Source of the DNA: Thermoplasmatota archaeon
GTDB lineage: Archaea > Thermoplasmatota > Penumbrarchaeia > Penumbrarchaeales > Penumbrarchaeaceae
Direction of reading: 5' to 3'
Length of the DNA: 64,000 nt
Assembly: GCA_965234725.1 (NCBI GenBank)
Contig: CBDDUX010000027.1
Coordinates: forward strand, 1 to 64,000
The position numbers were made by a program, and so were the translations under genes. Positions within the stretch are counted from its first letter, which is position 1. Each line of letters starts with the position of its first letter. A model generated the notes under the pieces. The model did not search any database. It worked only from the letters and a program-made list of their open reading frames with translations, and was not told the origin of the DNA. Of the stretch, positions 41,984-51,477 are shown one piece after another.

Positions 41984-44900
41984 TCATTCCTTTTTCCTGA
42001 TAGTATCAAAAATTCTCTTCCGTAGTTCGGGAACGAATATCACCATCCCGAGCAATATCAGCAACGGTATTGAAAATACAAAGATGATGAATATAAGACC
42101 AGAGGACCCTTCTTCAACCACAACTCTGAATTCCACAGGTTCGGTCTGGATCGAATTGTCGGACCCATCAAATACTAGGAACCTTACCTTGATCCGACCC
42201 TCGACCACTCCCTCATCCAAAAGGATCGAATATGAACCGTTCTCATTGAGGTCCAGGGTCCTGTTCAAAACTTCTCCATCACTCTTCTCGATCGATACTA
42301 TGACCTGGACGATATCCCTGTTGTCCTCTCCCAGAAGGAAGAATTTGACTTTTCCTCCTTCCCTTTCAATACTTGATGATAATATCGAGGGAGGGGTCCC
42401 GTCCAGGATATCCATGGTTCTTTCCATTACAGCATGATTTCCCGATAGGTCCTCTGCGGTTGCGTACAGTGAGATCCTCAGGGCTTCAGGGGGGATTAAG
42501 ATGTTATAAAGAGATCCATTTGGAACAGCTCTTATCCTTTGACCTTCATCAAAAGAATATTCCAATCCTGTATCTAAGACATCACGATTGTCACTGGCAA
42601 GGACCTCCACTGTCAGATATGTTGAGGTCCTGGGTTCTTCAAATGAAAGGTCGATAACAGGTTCTGTTCCATCTTGAATATCAAGAGACCGTTCAAGATG
42701 TCCCATGTTACCAGAGGAGTCGAACAGTATCGCTCTGAAATGGAGTTCAAATGCATCAAGGGGGACCAATGGAATTGTCAATTCCTCGGGAGGACCACTG
42801 ATATTTGTCCTAGGACCATTGTCGAACCACCATTCAAGGAAACCCCCTTGGATATTCCTGTTATCTGAATATGCAAAGATCAATGAAAATGGGTTCCCGG
42901 TGATGGGATCATCCTCTGTCAGGTACAGTATGACAGGAGAGGTCCTGTCTATCACCTCATATTCTCCTTCCAGCTCTCCATCGTTCCCTTCTTGATCCGT
43001 TATAAGAAGCAGGAAGGAGACGGTCAAAGAACTTTCCTTTACCTCTACAGGGAAAATCAGTAGATCGTCGAATGGTCCTAGTATATGCTTCACCTGATCT
43101 AGATCATCATTCAAGTAAACGTTGAGAATGGCTTCCTTCACTCCAATGTTATCACTGATCTTGAGGATGAGGGAGAATTCCTCACCAGTCACTGGGATTT
43201 GTACACTCTGGTCTTTTCCCGAGGGTGGGATCGTATCCTCCACAACCATGTGGATCCAATCTCCGATAAGAATGTTTGAAGAGATATCCGATACCCTCAC
43301 CCTAAAACTGAATGAGTAGGCATCCTCCGCAATGAGTATCAATACAGAACTGTCGAGATCTAATGTCTCCAGTTGATCTGAAATGATAGAAATTACATTC
43401 TCATCCCTTCCATTGGTGTAGTGGTCAATGAAGAAGTGTTCCAGGCCGGTATTGTCATGCAGACCAATTCGGACGAACATCTCCTTTCCGGTTACAGCTT
43501 TTGAGGGGGATACTTCGATAATTTCAGGGTACTTGAAGTCCAATACATCATAGGATCGATCCACGGTCAAGAGGTTGTTCGAGAAATCGATTATGGAAAA
43601 AGAGGTCCTCAGGGAAGTGCTCCTTCCATTTACCAGAACCTCCAGCTTGAATATCCCATCAATATCCGGTGATGCTTCCTTCTCATCCGTTATACTGACC
43701 AGTTCTCCATTTCTGTCGAACTGGGAGATCTGATAAGAAACGGATATTCCGAAAATACTCCGGTTGTCGATGACCCGGAACGTCGATATGAACTTCTCGA
43801 AGGTTATCGGTAAGGCATCGGTGAGATCGATAAGGACCGGTGGTTCCGTATCAGGGGGTGGAGGGTCCTTAACCAGCGGCCCCGGATCACCGGGTCCGAA
43901 GGGGAGATCGGTGTCTCCTATGCCGTCCCCGTCGACATCCTCTCCATTATAGTGATCCCAAAGGTTTCCGTAAGAATAATTGCCTACCACAATATTCTTT
44001 CTCATTGACCTTGAGGAGAAGGACCATTTGATCTCAACCGGGTCCTGATCCTTTTGAACGATATTGGTGGAATAGAAGTGATTATCAGCAAGGAGGATCT
44101 CATTGGAATTCTCGATGGATACCGGAGGACCGGTACCTTGGAGAACATTAGATGTGATCCGGAGATATCCAACTTCAATAAGTGAGATCTGGCCGTTTTC
44201 GTTCTCTGAGATAAGATTACCGTGGATCGATGTACCGCTTGTTGGACCCGACATCTCTATCCCGTATTCCCCATTTGACCGAATAATGTTTCCTGAGACC
44301 TCATTTCGTCCAAGGTTGCAGAAGATGATCACTCCGTCGAGATGATTGCCAACAATGGTATTATTGTCTATCAAGTTCAATGATCCACCGCTGATAACTA
44401 CCCCATAACCTGATGAATTCCTGATCGAATTGAACAAAATCGTGTTTCCTGACGATCTGTAACAGAAGATCCCAGTATCCAGCGTACGTTCGAGATGATT
44501 GTCCTTGATAACATTTCCATTCCCGGTGGTCCCAACATATATGCCCGGCCCTCCAACATGGACGAATGAGTTGTTCTCAAGGAGGATACCGCCTGTACCT
44601 GATCCAAGATAGATACCCCGGTCACCTCCAATCAGGATGTTGTCCCGGACCTGTATGGATGAAACGATCTGCAGCTCCATCTGGTAGATGAGATTATCTG
44701 TCAATGTGTTGGCCCTGATGATCACTTCATCCCCTGAGAGCTCCTCACCCAGGATCCCTCCCCACGGTGATCCGGAGATCAGGTTTCCCGTGACCTTAAC
44801 ACCTGTTGCACTGGAGAGCCATATATTGAATCCCCTGTTCCCCTCTATCTGATTATCCGAGAGGTTAATCTCAGGATCATTCAGGTCTTTGGCCTTGATC

Positions 44901-45736
44901 CCCTCATTTGTATTGTGAGCTATCGTGTTCCCGGTAATGTTCAGATCCCTGTCAATATCGGACAGAATGAGGCCCTGTTTATGGTTTTCAAAGAGACTGT
45001 TCCCTTTCAGAGTGACATTCCCATCAGTCCTTGAAATGGATGCTCCCACTCCACCATTTCCAGATATACTGCAGGTGTCAAAAAGCAGGTCCGTGGAGTC
45101 GGAAATGAAAACCCCGACATCTGTGTGGGTGGAGAACTCGCTCCTGAATATGCTCGAATCGGATGAATGTTCCATTTTCAATCCATTTGTACCATTGTTG
45201 AAATGACAGTACGATATTGCAAGTCCATTGGTGTTCTCAACTGATATCGACGTTGCAAGAACCTCGACAACACACCTGGAAAGCGATACATCAGAACATC
45301 GGGATATTTGGATCCCGTCCGAGGTACCCTGACAGGTCATATCGATCAGTTCAGCATTGGTGACATTGTACAAGAGGACAGTAGGATCTGAATGATCCCC
45401 ATCAGAGGTGAAGGTGCAATTCTCGATCCGGAAATGTGATGTTGTGTTCGATATCATTATACAGGTCCCGTTTGACACGGTCATATCATGACCTGAGATG
45501 ATGTAAGGGTCGTTTGAAGAACCATTGCCTGAAATTACTCCGTTCGAAAAGTTGAATCCGGATCCGTTCGATATCATTATAGTAGAATTGAAGAAGGCCC
45601 CATTACCTGTTACATCCGAGGGATAATAATTGCAGGGTCCTTTTGCCGCTGTTGTTCCTTCCATGGAGTTCAAAGCTGGTATGATAAGGATCAGGCAAAC
45701 CAATGGTGCAAACCTAAACCAGGCCGATGCCAGCAT
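41984..45736 (-). CDS. Surface protein: right-handed beta-helix (NosD-like), Ig-like repeats, TM anchor
   Basis: GNGSSNDPYII, many I..N....N...G repeats, GNLWDHY..D.DGDGIGD, repeated D...P...DN, and a C-terminal TM. Confidence 0.85.
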   Translation of the reverse strand: MLASAWFRFAPLVCLILIIPALNSMEGTTAAKGPCNYYPSDVTGNGAFFNSTIMISNGSGFNFSNGVISGNGSSNDPYIISGHDMTVSNGTCIMISNTTSHFRIENCTFTSDGDHSDPTVLLYNVTNAELIDMTCQGTSDGIQISRCSDVSLSRCVVEVLATSISVENTNGLAISYCHFNNGTNGLKMEHSSDSSIFRSEFSTHTDVGVFISDSTDLLFDTCSISGNGGVGASISRTDGNVTLKGNSLFENHKQGLILSDIDRDLNITGNTIAHNTNEGIKAKDLNDPEINLSDNQIEGNRGFNIWLSSATGVKVTGNLISGSPWGGILGEELSGDEVIIRANTLTDNLIYQMELQIVSSIQVRDNILIGGDRGIYLGSGTGGILLENNSFVHVGGPGIYVGTTGNGNVIKDNHLERTLDTGIFCYRSSGNTILFNSIRNSSGYGVVISGGSLNLIDNNTIVGNHLDGVIIFCNLGRNEVSGNIIRSNGEYGIEMSGPTSGTSIHGNLISENENGQISLIEVGYLRITSNVLQGTGPPVSIENSNEILLADNHFYSTNIVQKDQDPVEIKWSFSSRSMRKNIVVGNYSYGNLWDHYNGEDVDGDGIGDTDLPFGPGDPGPLVKDPPPPDTEPPVLIDLTDALPITFEKFISTFRVIDNRSIFGISVSYQISQFDRNGELVSITDEKEASPDIDGIFKLEVLVNGRSTSLRTSFSIIDFSNNLLTVDRSYDVLDFKYPEIIEVSPSKAVTGKEMFVRIGLHDNTGLEHFFIDHYTNGRDENVISIISDQLETLDLDSSVLILIAEDAYSFSFRVRVSDISSNILIGDWIHMVVEDTIPPSGKDQSVQIPVTGEEFSLILKISDNIGVKEAILNVYLNDDLDQVKHILGPFDDLLIFPVEVKESSLTVSFLLLITDQEGNDGELEGEYEVIDRTSPVILYLTEDDPITGNPFSLIFAYSDNRNIQGGFLEWWFDNGPRTNISGPPEELTIPLVPLDAFELHFRAILFDSSGNMGHLERSLDIQDGTEPVIDLSFEEPRTSTYLTVEVLASDNRDVLDTGLEYSFDEGQRIRAVPNGSLYNILIPPEALRISLYATAEDLSGNHAVMERTMDILDGTPPSILSSSIEREGGKVKFFLLGEDNRDIVQVIVSIEKSDGEVLNRTLDLNENGSYSILLDEGVVEGRIKVRFLVFDGSDNSIQTEPVEFRVVVEEGSSGLIFIIFVFSIPLLILLGMVIFVPELRKRIFDTIRKKE

Positions 45737-45932
45737 ATGGTCATGATATGTCCGGTCTATTCTAATTAAAGTTTCCAGGCCAGGAGTTACTCATTTTGTG
45801 ATTTTAACCCAAGGATTATATTACATCCACTCCTGTGATGTGAATTGTTTATCTATCGGATGGATCTCACGATATACCCTTCCATTGAATAAAATTATAT
45901 AAGGGGTATATAGTTTTATCTCAGGGAGAGAA

Positions 45933-46868
45933 ATGTCAGCTATCAGACCTGTGTCTATCCTTCTGATCTTAATGACGATCTTATTTTCTTCCACGGCCTT
46001 TCAGGCAGATTGCAGTAACCAATCCGATCTTCAAGTGAATTCAGTTCAGGATACCGGAGAGCCTGAAGTGACCTTGAGCCTTCAAAATGATGAATTGGTA
46101 GCAAATGTGGATCCAGAGAGTGATGGTATGGTCGCACTCTTGGGAACGGTCAACTGCAAATTTCCGGATTACACTCCAAACAACATTCAATGTACGGTAT
46201 TCATCCGTGCTGAGACCGGAGATTGGATGTCTTCAGTTCCACCCGAGCTGTATTTTTCAAAAGGTATTACCTCACAACAATTCGTTATTCACATCTTAGT
46301 GCCCCTCGGATCATTGGTCACAGATAGTAGATCATTCATGATCTCTGGGTATTGGGCATATACCCCCGGATATCAGGAAGGATCGGTTGAAACCAGCTAC
46401 TTCAGGGTGAACATCCAGCCATATTCATATCTCCAGTTCGAAGAGCCGAATTGGAACATTTCAATTCCTTCAGGTGATTCCAAGACCATTACTACATCAA
46501 TAACCAATCTCGGCAATACCAGGGCTGAAGTTACAATGGGTGCTGATTCCGGAGAAGAAGGAATAATGGTTGAACTTCCTGAGACCAAGATATCAGTACC
46601 CTCGAACCAGGCGGTAGAAATCGTATTCGTAGTGAAGGAAACCAAGGGTTTGAAGGGTATTCATTCGATCACTTTATGGGCTGAGGATAGGGAAACATCC
46701 AGACAGGGGCGGATTACACAGGAATACTCGGTCCAATCGACCAAGGAACCTACCACTTTGAGTAACATACCTCTCCTTGTCCCGGGTCTGGTCACAGTAT
46801 TCATTATTGTGATATTTACGATCATTATCTTCCTTGCGAAAGGTTGGATCGATCGGAGAAGAGGATGA
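45933..46868 (+). CDS. Exported Ig-like protein with TM anchor
   Basis: Signal peptide, ITNLGN Ig-like motif and a C-terminal TM followed by basic residues. Confidence 0.7.
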   Translation: MSAIRPVSILLILMTILFSSTAFQADCSNQSDLQVNSVQDTGEPEVTLSLQNDELVANVDPESDGMVALLGTVNCKFPDYTPNNIQCTVFIRAETGDWMSSVPPELYFSKGITSQQFVIHILVPLGSLVTDSRSFMISGYWAYTPGYQEGSVETSYFRVNIQPYSYLQFEEPNWNISIPSGDSKTITTSITNLGNTRAEVTMGADSGEEGIMVELPETKISVPSNQAVEIVFVVKETKGLKGIHSITLWAEDRETSRQGRITQEYSVQSTKEPTTLSNIPLLVPGLVTVFIIVIFTIIIFLAKGWIDRRRG

Positions 46869-46953
46869 TCTCCAGCGATCCTTCCTAATAATATGGTTCA
46901 AGATCGCTGATAATTTTATGAATATACATATTGAAAACTATTGGAATTTCAGG

Positions 46954-47442
46954 TCAGGACCTCTGTTCCTCCAGTTTCTTTCTCGTATATTCGAGGAGGC
47001 CCCCAGCGTCCCTTATGGCCAGTATCTGGTCGGGAAGTTTCGGGAAGTAGAACTCCTCCTCATCTATCCTTATCCAACCCTCCTCGATATTAAGGTCCAG
47101 ATCCGCTCCTTCTCTATATGCCTCCACAGCCTCCGGGCATTCCAGGAGGATCAGACCCTGATTGATCGCAGCCCTGTAGAATATCCTTGCGAAGGACCTT
47201 CCAATGATGGCTTTGATACCGATGGACCTTAGACCAACAACCGGCTGCTCTCTTGAGGAACCACAGCCGAAATTCTCACCAACAAGCAGTATGTCCCCTT
47301 CTTTCGCTTTTCCGGCGAAATCGGGGTCCAGGTCCTCCAGCAGATGGGGAATGATCTCAGAAGCGGTTGAACACGTATAGGTGTACTTTCCCGGAAAGAG
47401 CATGTCGGTGTTGACGGAATCCCCGTATCTCCATGTCGTCAT
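46954..47442 (-). CDS. Isopropylmalate/homoaconitase dehydratase small subunit (LeuD/HacB family)
   Basis: Motifs GDSVNTD, GENFGCGSSREQ, SFARIFYR.AIN.G and AGGLL. Confidence 0.9.
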   Translation of the reverse strand: MTTWRYGDSVNTDMLFPGKYTYTCSTASEIIPHLLEDLDPDFAGKAKEGDILLVGENFGCGSSREQPVVGLRSIGIKAIIGRSFARIFYRAAINQGLILLECPEAVEAYREGADLDLNIEEGWIRIDEEEFYFPKLPDQILAIRDAGGLLEYTRKKLEEQRS

Positions 47443-48705
47443 TCAGATCACCTCTCTGGGATCAGTTAGCTTTCCATGAAGGGCGGTTGCTGCTACTGTT
47501 GCTGGACTGGCAAGATATATCTCGGATTCCTTGCATCCCATCCTTCCCTTGAAATTCCGATTTGCCGTGGACAGGGTCCTCTCTCCCGGTGCCATCACTC
47601 CCTGGTGGGCCCCTAGGCAGGGTCCGCATCCGGGAGGAAGCACCATGCCTCCAGCTTCGATCAAGGTGTCAAGTGTTCCATCTCCCAGAGCCTTTCTCAG
47701 CTCTGTCCTGGAGGCAGGGGCGATTATAAGCCGTGTCGTCTTGGATACCTGATTACCATCAAGGATCGATGCGGCCACTTTCAGGTCCTCGTACCTTCCG
47801 TTGGTGCAGGTCCCGATGAAGCATTGATCGAACTCCAGACCTTCAAGCTCAGTTACTTCATGGTAATTATCCACCTGATGAGGGGAAGCTATCCCTGGAA
47901 CTATTTCTTCCAGATCGTATTCATGTTCCGAGTGGTATTGCGCATCCTCGTCGGCCCATAACTGATTGTAATCATCATCCTTGACCCCGGTCTTTCGGAG
48001 ATACTGGCTGGTCCTGTCATCTACCGGAAATGCTGCGGATTTACCGTCCATCTCCACACCCATGTTACAGATGGTGAACCTGTCACCTATCGTCAGATCG
48101 GCAACATCGCCGTGGAACTCCACTGACCGATAGGACGCTCCAGAAGCGGAAATATCTCCAATGATCTTCAAGATAAGGTCCTTGGCGAACACTCCTTTAT
48201 TCAAACTTCCAGAAAGTGTCATCTTGATGGATTGGGGCACCTTCAACCACATCTCTCCCCTTAATAGTAGAGCGGCTGCTTCGGTCCTGTCAATTCCCGT
48301 TGAAAATGTACCTACCGCTCCATAGGAGCATGTGTGGGAATCCGATCCCACAATGACCTCTCCTGGAAGTGCCAGACCCTTCTCCACCACTACCTGGTGG
48401 CATACACCCTCCCCTGCATCGAAGAAATTGGTGATCTTGAACCTCTTCACAAATTCCCTTATCTTCTTGTGGTTGGAGGCGGTCTTCTCATTGGCTGCCG
48501 GGATGACATGGTCCAGAACTATAATTGGCATTTCAGGATCGAACACTCCGTATCTGTCCAGGTCCGGTCCTATCTTTCCGATTATGGCTGCTGTGTTATC
48601 ATGTGTCAGCAATCGGTCAGGCGAAAGTGTCACGATCTGTCCAGGAACCACATGGTCCAGCCCTGCCTTTCTTGCAAGTACCTTCTGAGCGAATGTTTCT
48701 CCCAT
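47443..48705 (-). CDS. Isopropylmalate/homoaconitase dehydratase large subunit (LeuC/HacA family)
   Basis: Motifs HDNT, LDH, GVCHQ, GSDSHTC, IGTCTNGR, CGPCLG, STANRNFKGRMG and YLASP. Confidence 0.92.
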   Translation of the reverse strand: MGETFAQKVLARKAGLDHVVPGQIVTLSPDRLLTHDNTAAIIGKIGPDLDRYGVFDPEMPIIVLDHVIPAANEKTASNHKKIREFVKRFKITNFFDAGEGVCHQVVVEKGLALPGEVIVGSDSHTCSYGAVGTFSTGIDRTEAAALLLRGEMWLKVPQSIKMTLSGSLNKGVFAKDLILKIIGDISASGASYRSVEFHGDVADLTIGDRFTICNMGVEMDGKSAAFPVDDRTSQYLRKTGVKDDDYNQLWADEDAQYHSEHEYDLEEIVPGIASPHQVDNYHEVTELEGLEFDQCFIGTCTNGRYEDLKVAASILDGNQVSKTTRLIIAPASRTELRKALGDGTLDTLIEAGGMVLPPGCGPCLGAHQGVMAPGERTLSTANRNFKGRMGCKESEIYLASPATVAATALHGKLTDPREVI

Positions 48706-48711
48706 TATTGA

Positions 48712-50535
48712 TCACTCCTCACAGGTTCTGACCAGTAGCCCGCCTTTGCGATATATCTTCAGCTGGACACTGGAAAAGGGCGTCACCCTGAAATCGATAT
48801 TCCGGGTGATATTCTTTGCACTACCGCTGATGAGGTCTACCTCGATCTCATCGCGGTCCATAATCATATCATCTGTTGGTTCGTAGGTCATTATCGGCAT
48901 TCCTGTATTGATCGCGTTTCTCTCATAGATCGCTCCGAATGACTCGGCTAGTATCAGGCTGATACCAAGGGACCGGAAGCAGTCCACCGCCTGCTGCCTG
49001 GAACTTCCGGCTCCGAAGTTCTTGCCTGTGACAATTATATCATTTTCCTCTACCTTGGAAGAAAAATCCTCATATCCTTCGAGGTTGCCAAATGCATACT
49101 GTCCCATTTCATCCATATCCGTAACCGTCAGATGCCTGTTATGATATATCATATCCGTGTCTATGTTGTCCTTCCGGATCAACCAGACCCTTCCTCTGAC
49201 AATGGTCTTCATCGGGCCATCATTCCCAATACATTCCACTTCAGTGGGAATATCAATTTTTGATGGTTGGAAAATGGCCGGTTCATTCGGGATATCGTTT
49301 TTGGCTGTTATGGAACCTGCCAGTGCGGAAGCGGCAACGGTCTCTGAGGAAGCAAGGTAGACCTCACCCTTTCCCTGTTTCCCTCTGAAATTCCTGTTTC
49401 CTGTGGATATCGTTACCTCTCCAGGACCATTCTGGCCGATCTGCCCCGCAGCACATCCCGCACACCCAGCGTTCCCAACGAGTGCTCCGGCATCCATCAG
49501 GTCCTTGATTATACCCCTGTCAAGACACTTTTCCCAGATCGCTCTGGTAGCCGGTACCACCTTCAGTACAACTCCAGGAGCCACTTTTCTCCCCTTCAGC
49601 ACCTCTGCAGCTGCCCGGATATCCTCGTATCTTCCATTTGTGCATGAACCGATGAATGCCGAATCGATCCTGGTACCTTTGACCTCTTCTATCTCCACAA
49701 CATCTTCCGGATGTCCCGGTCTTGATATCATCTGTCCCAGGCCGCTGAGGTCGATCTCTATCTCCTTTTCATATTGAGCATCTTCATCGGGGGTAAGACC
49801 GATCAGATCGATGTGGTCCATATTCAATTCATCGAGGATGGTCTCGTTGGGAGGGAAGAGTATGATGATCCCACCCATTTCCGTACACATGGATGCAATG
49901 GTGATCCTTCCGAATAAACGAAGGTTTTCAACATATTTCCCTCTGATCTCCGCGGCGTATCCCAGAAGACCGTTCGCTCCGAGTTCCTTGAGCATCTTGA
50001 GGGCCACGTCCTTGGGTGTAGCATCCGGTGAGGGCATGCCATTTAGAGTGATCCTCAGACTTCTTGGGACCTTGAACCAGACCTTACCTTCGGAAAAAGC
50101 GGCAGCTATGTCGACATCACCCATCCCCTGGCCGAAAGCTCCTATTGCACCCATAATATTTGCATGAGAATCCGTGGAAACGAAGACCTCTCCTGGTCTA
50201 ATAAGGCCCTCGTCCATGGCAATATGGGTGCCAATGCCCATGTCGATGTCATAAACCTTCACTCCTCTCTGTCTAGCAAAGGTCCTGCATATCTGCTGAT
50301 TGGCAGCGTATTTCTGGTCAGATCCTCCGGGATTGCAATCGAAAGTGAAGAATGTCCTGTCAGGATCATCAAGGACCAGACCATTGGACTCCAGGTTCTT
50401 GACGACGTTCGCTCCTCCAAAATCCCTGGCTACCCTTGAATCCACAAATACATCAACTATGTCGCCAGACTTCACTTCCTTTCCTGCCTTTACCCTGAGT
50501 ATCTTCTGAAGGATTGTGGAACCCATTTCAAACAC
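48712..50535 (-). CDS. Fused large and small subunit aconitase-family hydratase
   Basis: STDSHAN, IGSCTNGR, CAGC and STGNRNFRGKQG, then a swivel domain with DNIDTD and NFGAGSSRQQA. Confidence 0.88.
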   Translation of the reverse strand: MFEMGSTILQKILRVKAGKEVKSGDIVDVFVDSRVARDFGGANVVKNLESNGLVLDDPDRTFFTFDCNPGGSDQKYAANQQICRTFARQRGVKVYDIDMGIGTHIAMDEGLIRPGEVFVSTDSHANIMGAIGAFGQGMGDVDIAAAFSEGKVWFKVPRSLRITLNGMPSPDATPKDVALKMLKELGANGLLGYAAEIRGKYVENLRLFGRITIASMCTEMGGIIILFPPNETILDELNMDHIDLIGLTPDEDAQYEKEIEIDLSGLGQMISRPGHPEDVVEIEEVKGTRIDSAFIGSCTNGRYEDIRAAAEVLKGRKVAPGVVLKVVPATRAIWEKCLDRGIIKDLMDAGALVGNAGCAGCAAGQIGQNGPGEVTISTGNRNFRGKQGKGEVYLASSETVAASALAGSITAKNDIPNEPAIFQPSKIDIPTEVECIGNDGPMKTIVRGRVWLIRKDNIDTDMIYHNRHLTVTDMDEMGQYAFGNLEGYEDFSSKVEENDIIVTGKNFGAGSSRQQAVDCFRSLGISLILAESFGAIYERNAINTGMPIMTYEPTDDMIMDRDEIEVDLISGSAKNITRNIDFRVTPFSSVQLKIYRKGGLLVRTCEE

Positions 50536-50536
50536 C

Positions 50537-51121
50537 TCACTCTATGAGACCATCCTTGTTCTTCATAACAATGGGATTGAACGTGGCGAAGTCGGCTTGA
50601 TGGATCAGGATGGTCTCTATCACCTGGGGTCTTCCCTCTCCTTCCTTTGCGTGGCAAGCTATCATGTTAATATATTCCTCGGGAAGTCCAACCTCTGAGG
50701 CCAGTATCGCACCGGAGATCGGATGTCTAGCACACATCCCGGACCTGGATCTCCTCCATCCACCTTCACCATTCCTCTCTATCTCAAGGAGTTTTCCCAC
50801 ATCATGTAGAAGGCCACCTGCAACAAGCCTGGCCATATCTATCTTGTATGGCATTGTAACATAGGTCTCCCTTTGTGCCAGAGCCAGGCCTATCGCCCCC
50901 TCTGTGACAGCTATCGTATGCTCAATGAAACTGATGCCATGGGTCTCGGTCAGAAGAGTGAAAGGCATCTCCATGAGGTCCGATACGCTTTTCCAACCTC
51001 CTCTTTCACATCCCAATGACCAGGCCCTTACAATTTTGTCCCTTATTGCTTCATCCTCTATCATGTCCAGCTGCGGACCAAATAGACCTTTGATCTCTTC
51101 TTCATGTATCAGGAAGATCAC
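50537..51121 (-). CDS. HD-domain (HDIG-like) metal-dependent phosphohydrolase
   Basis: Motifs PFTLL, EHT..V, LLHDVGKLLE, RHP.SG, ACH and HQAD. Start uncertain. Confidence 0.85.
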   Translation of the reverse strand: MIFLIHEEEIKGLFGPQLDMIEDEAIRDKIVRAWSLGCERGGWKSVSDLMEMPFTLLTETHGISFIEHTIAVTEGAIGLALAQRETYVTMPYKIDMARLVAGGLLHDVGKLLEIERNGEGGWRRSRSGMCARHPISGAILASEVGLPEEYINMIACHAKEGEGRPQVIETILIHQADFATFNPIVMKNKDGLIE

Positions 51122-51278
51122 CCCAAGCCGTTGCTTCAATGAGGTAATCCACCCATTGGATTTCAATACTACCATTGAGTCCAATGGATTTTCAAGTCAC
51201 CATAAATTATATATATACCCTATTTTTCGACCGGCATTTTCCCGTTCAGTTTAAAAAACATCTTTTTTTTCCATATTT

Positions 51279-51384
51279 ACGGGGTGTGACCGAAGTGTTA
51301 TCAACCCTGTTTGGGTGCGTTGTTAGCGGAGGGGTTTGCCCATTGTCCAAAACCCCTCCGCCCGGTCCCCCCTGGAGGGGGACC
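51279..51384 (+). ncRNA. Candidate small structured RNA between divergent genes
   Basis: GC-rich island with a perfect 12-bp stem (51326-51337/51350-51361), an 8-bp stem (51364-51371/51377-51384) and a 5' hairpin. TTTAAAAA lies about 25 nt upstream. Confidence 0.45.
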
Positions 51385-51477
51385 ATGATTTCATTTCTCG
51401 ATTGTATGTGATCGATTAATGATTTTCATTGGATGGTCCGACCTATCCCTTTTATACCCTCACAAGAATAAGGATGC

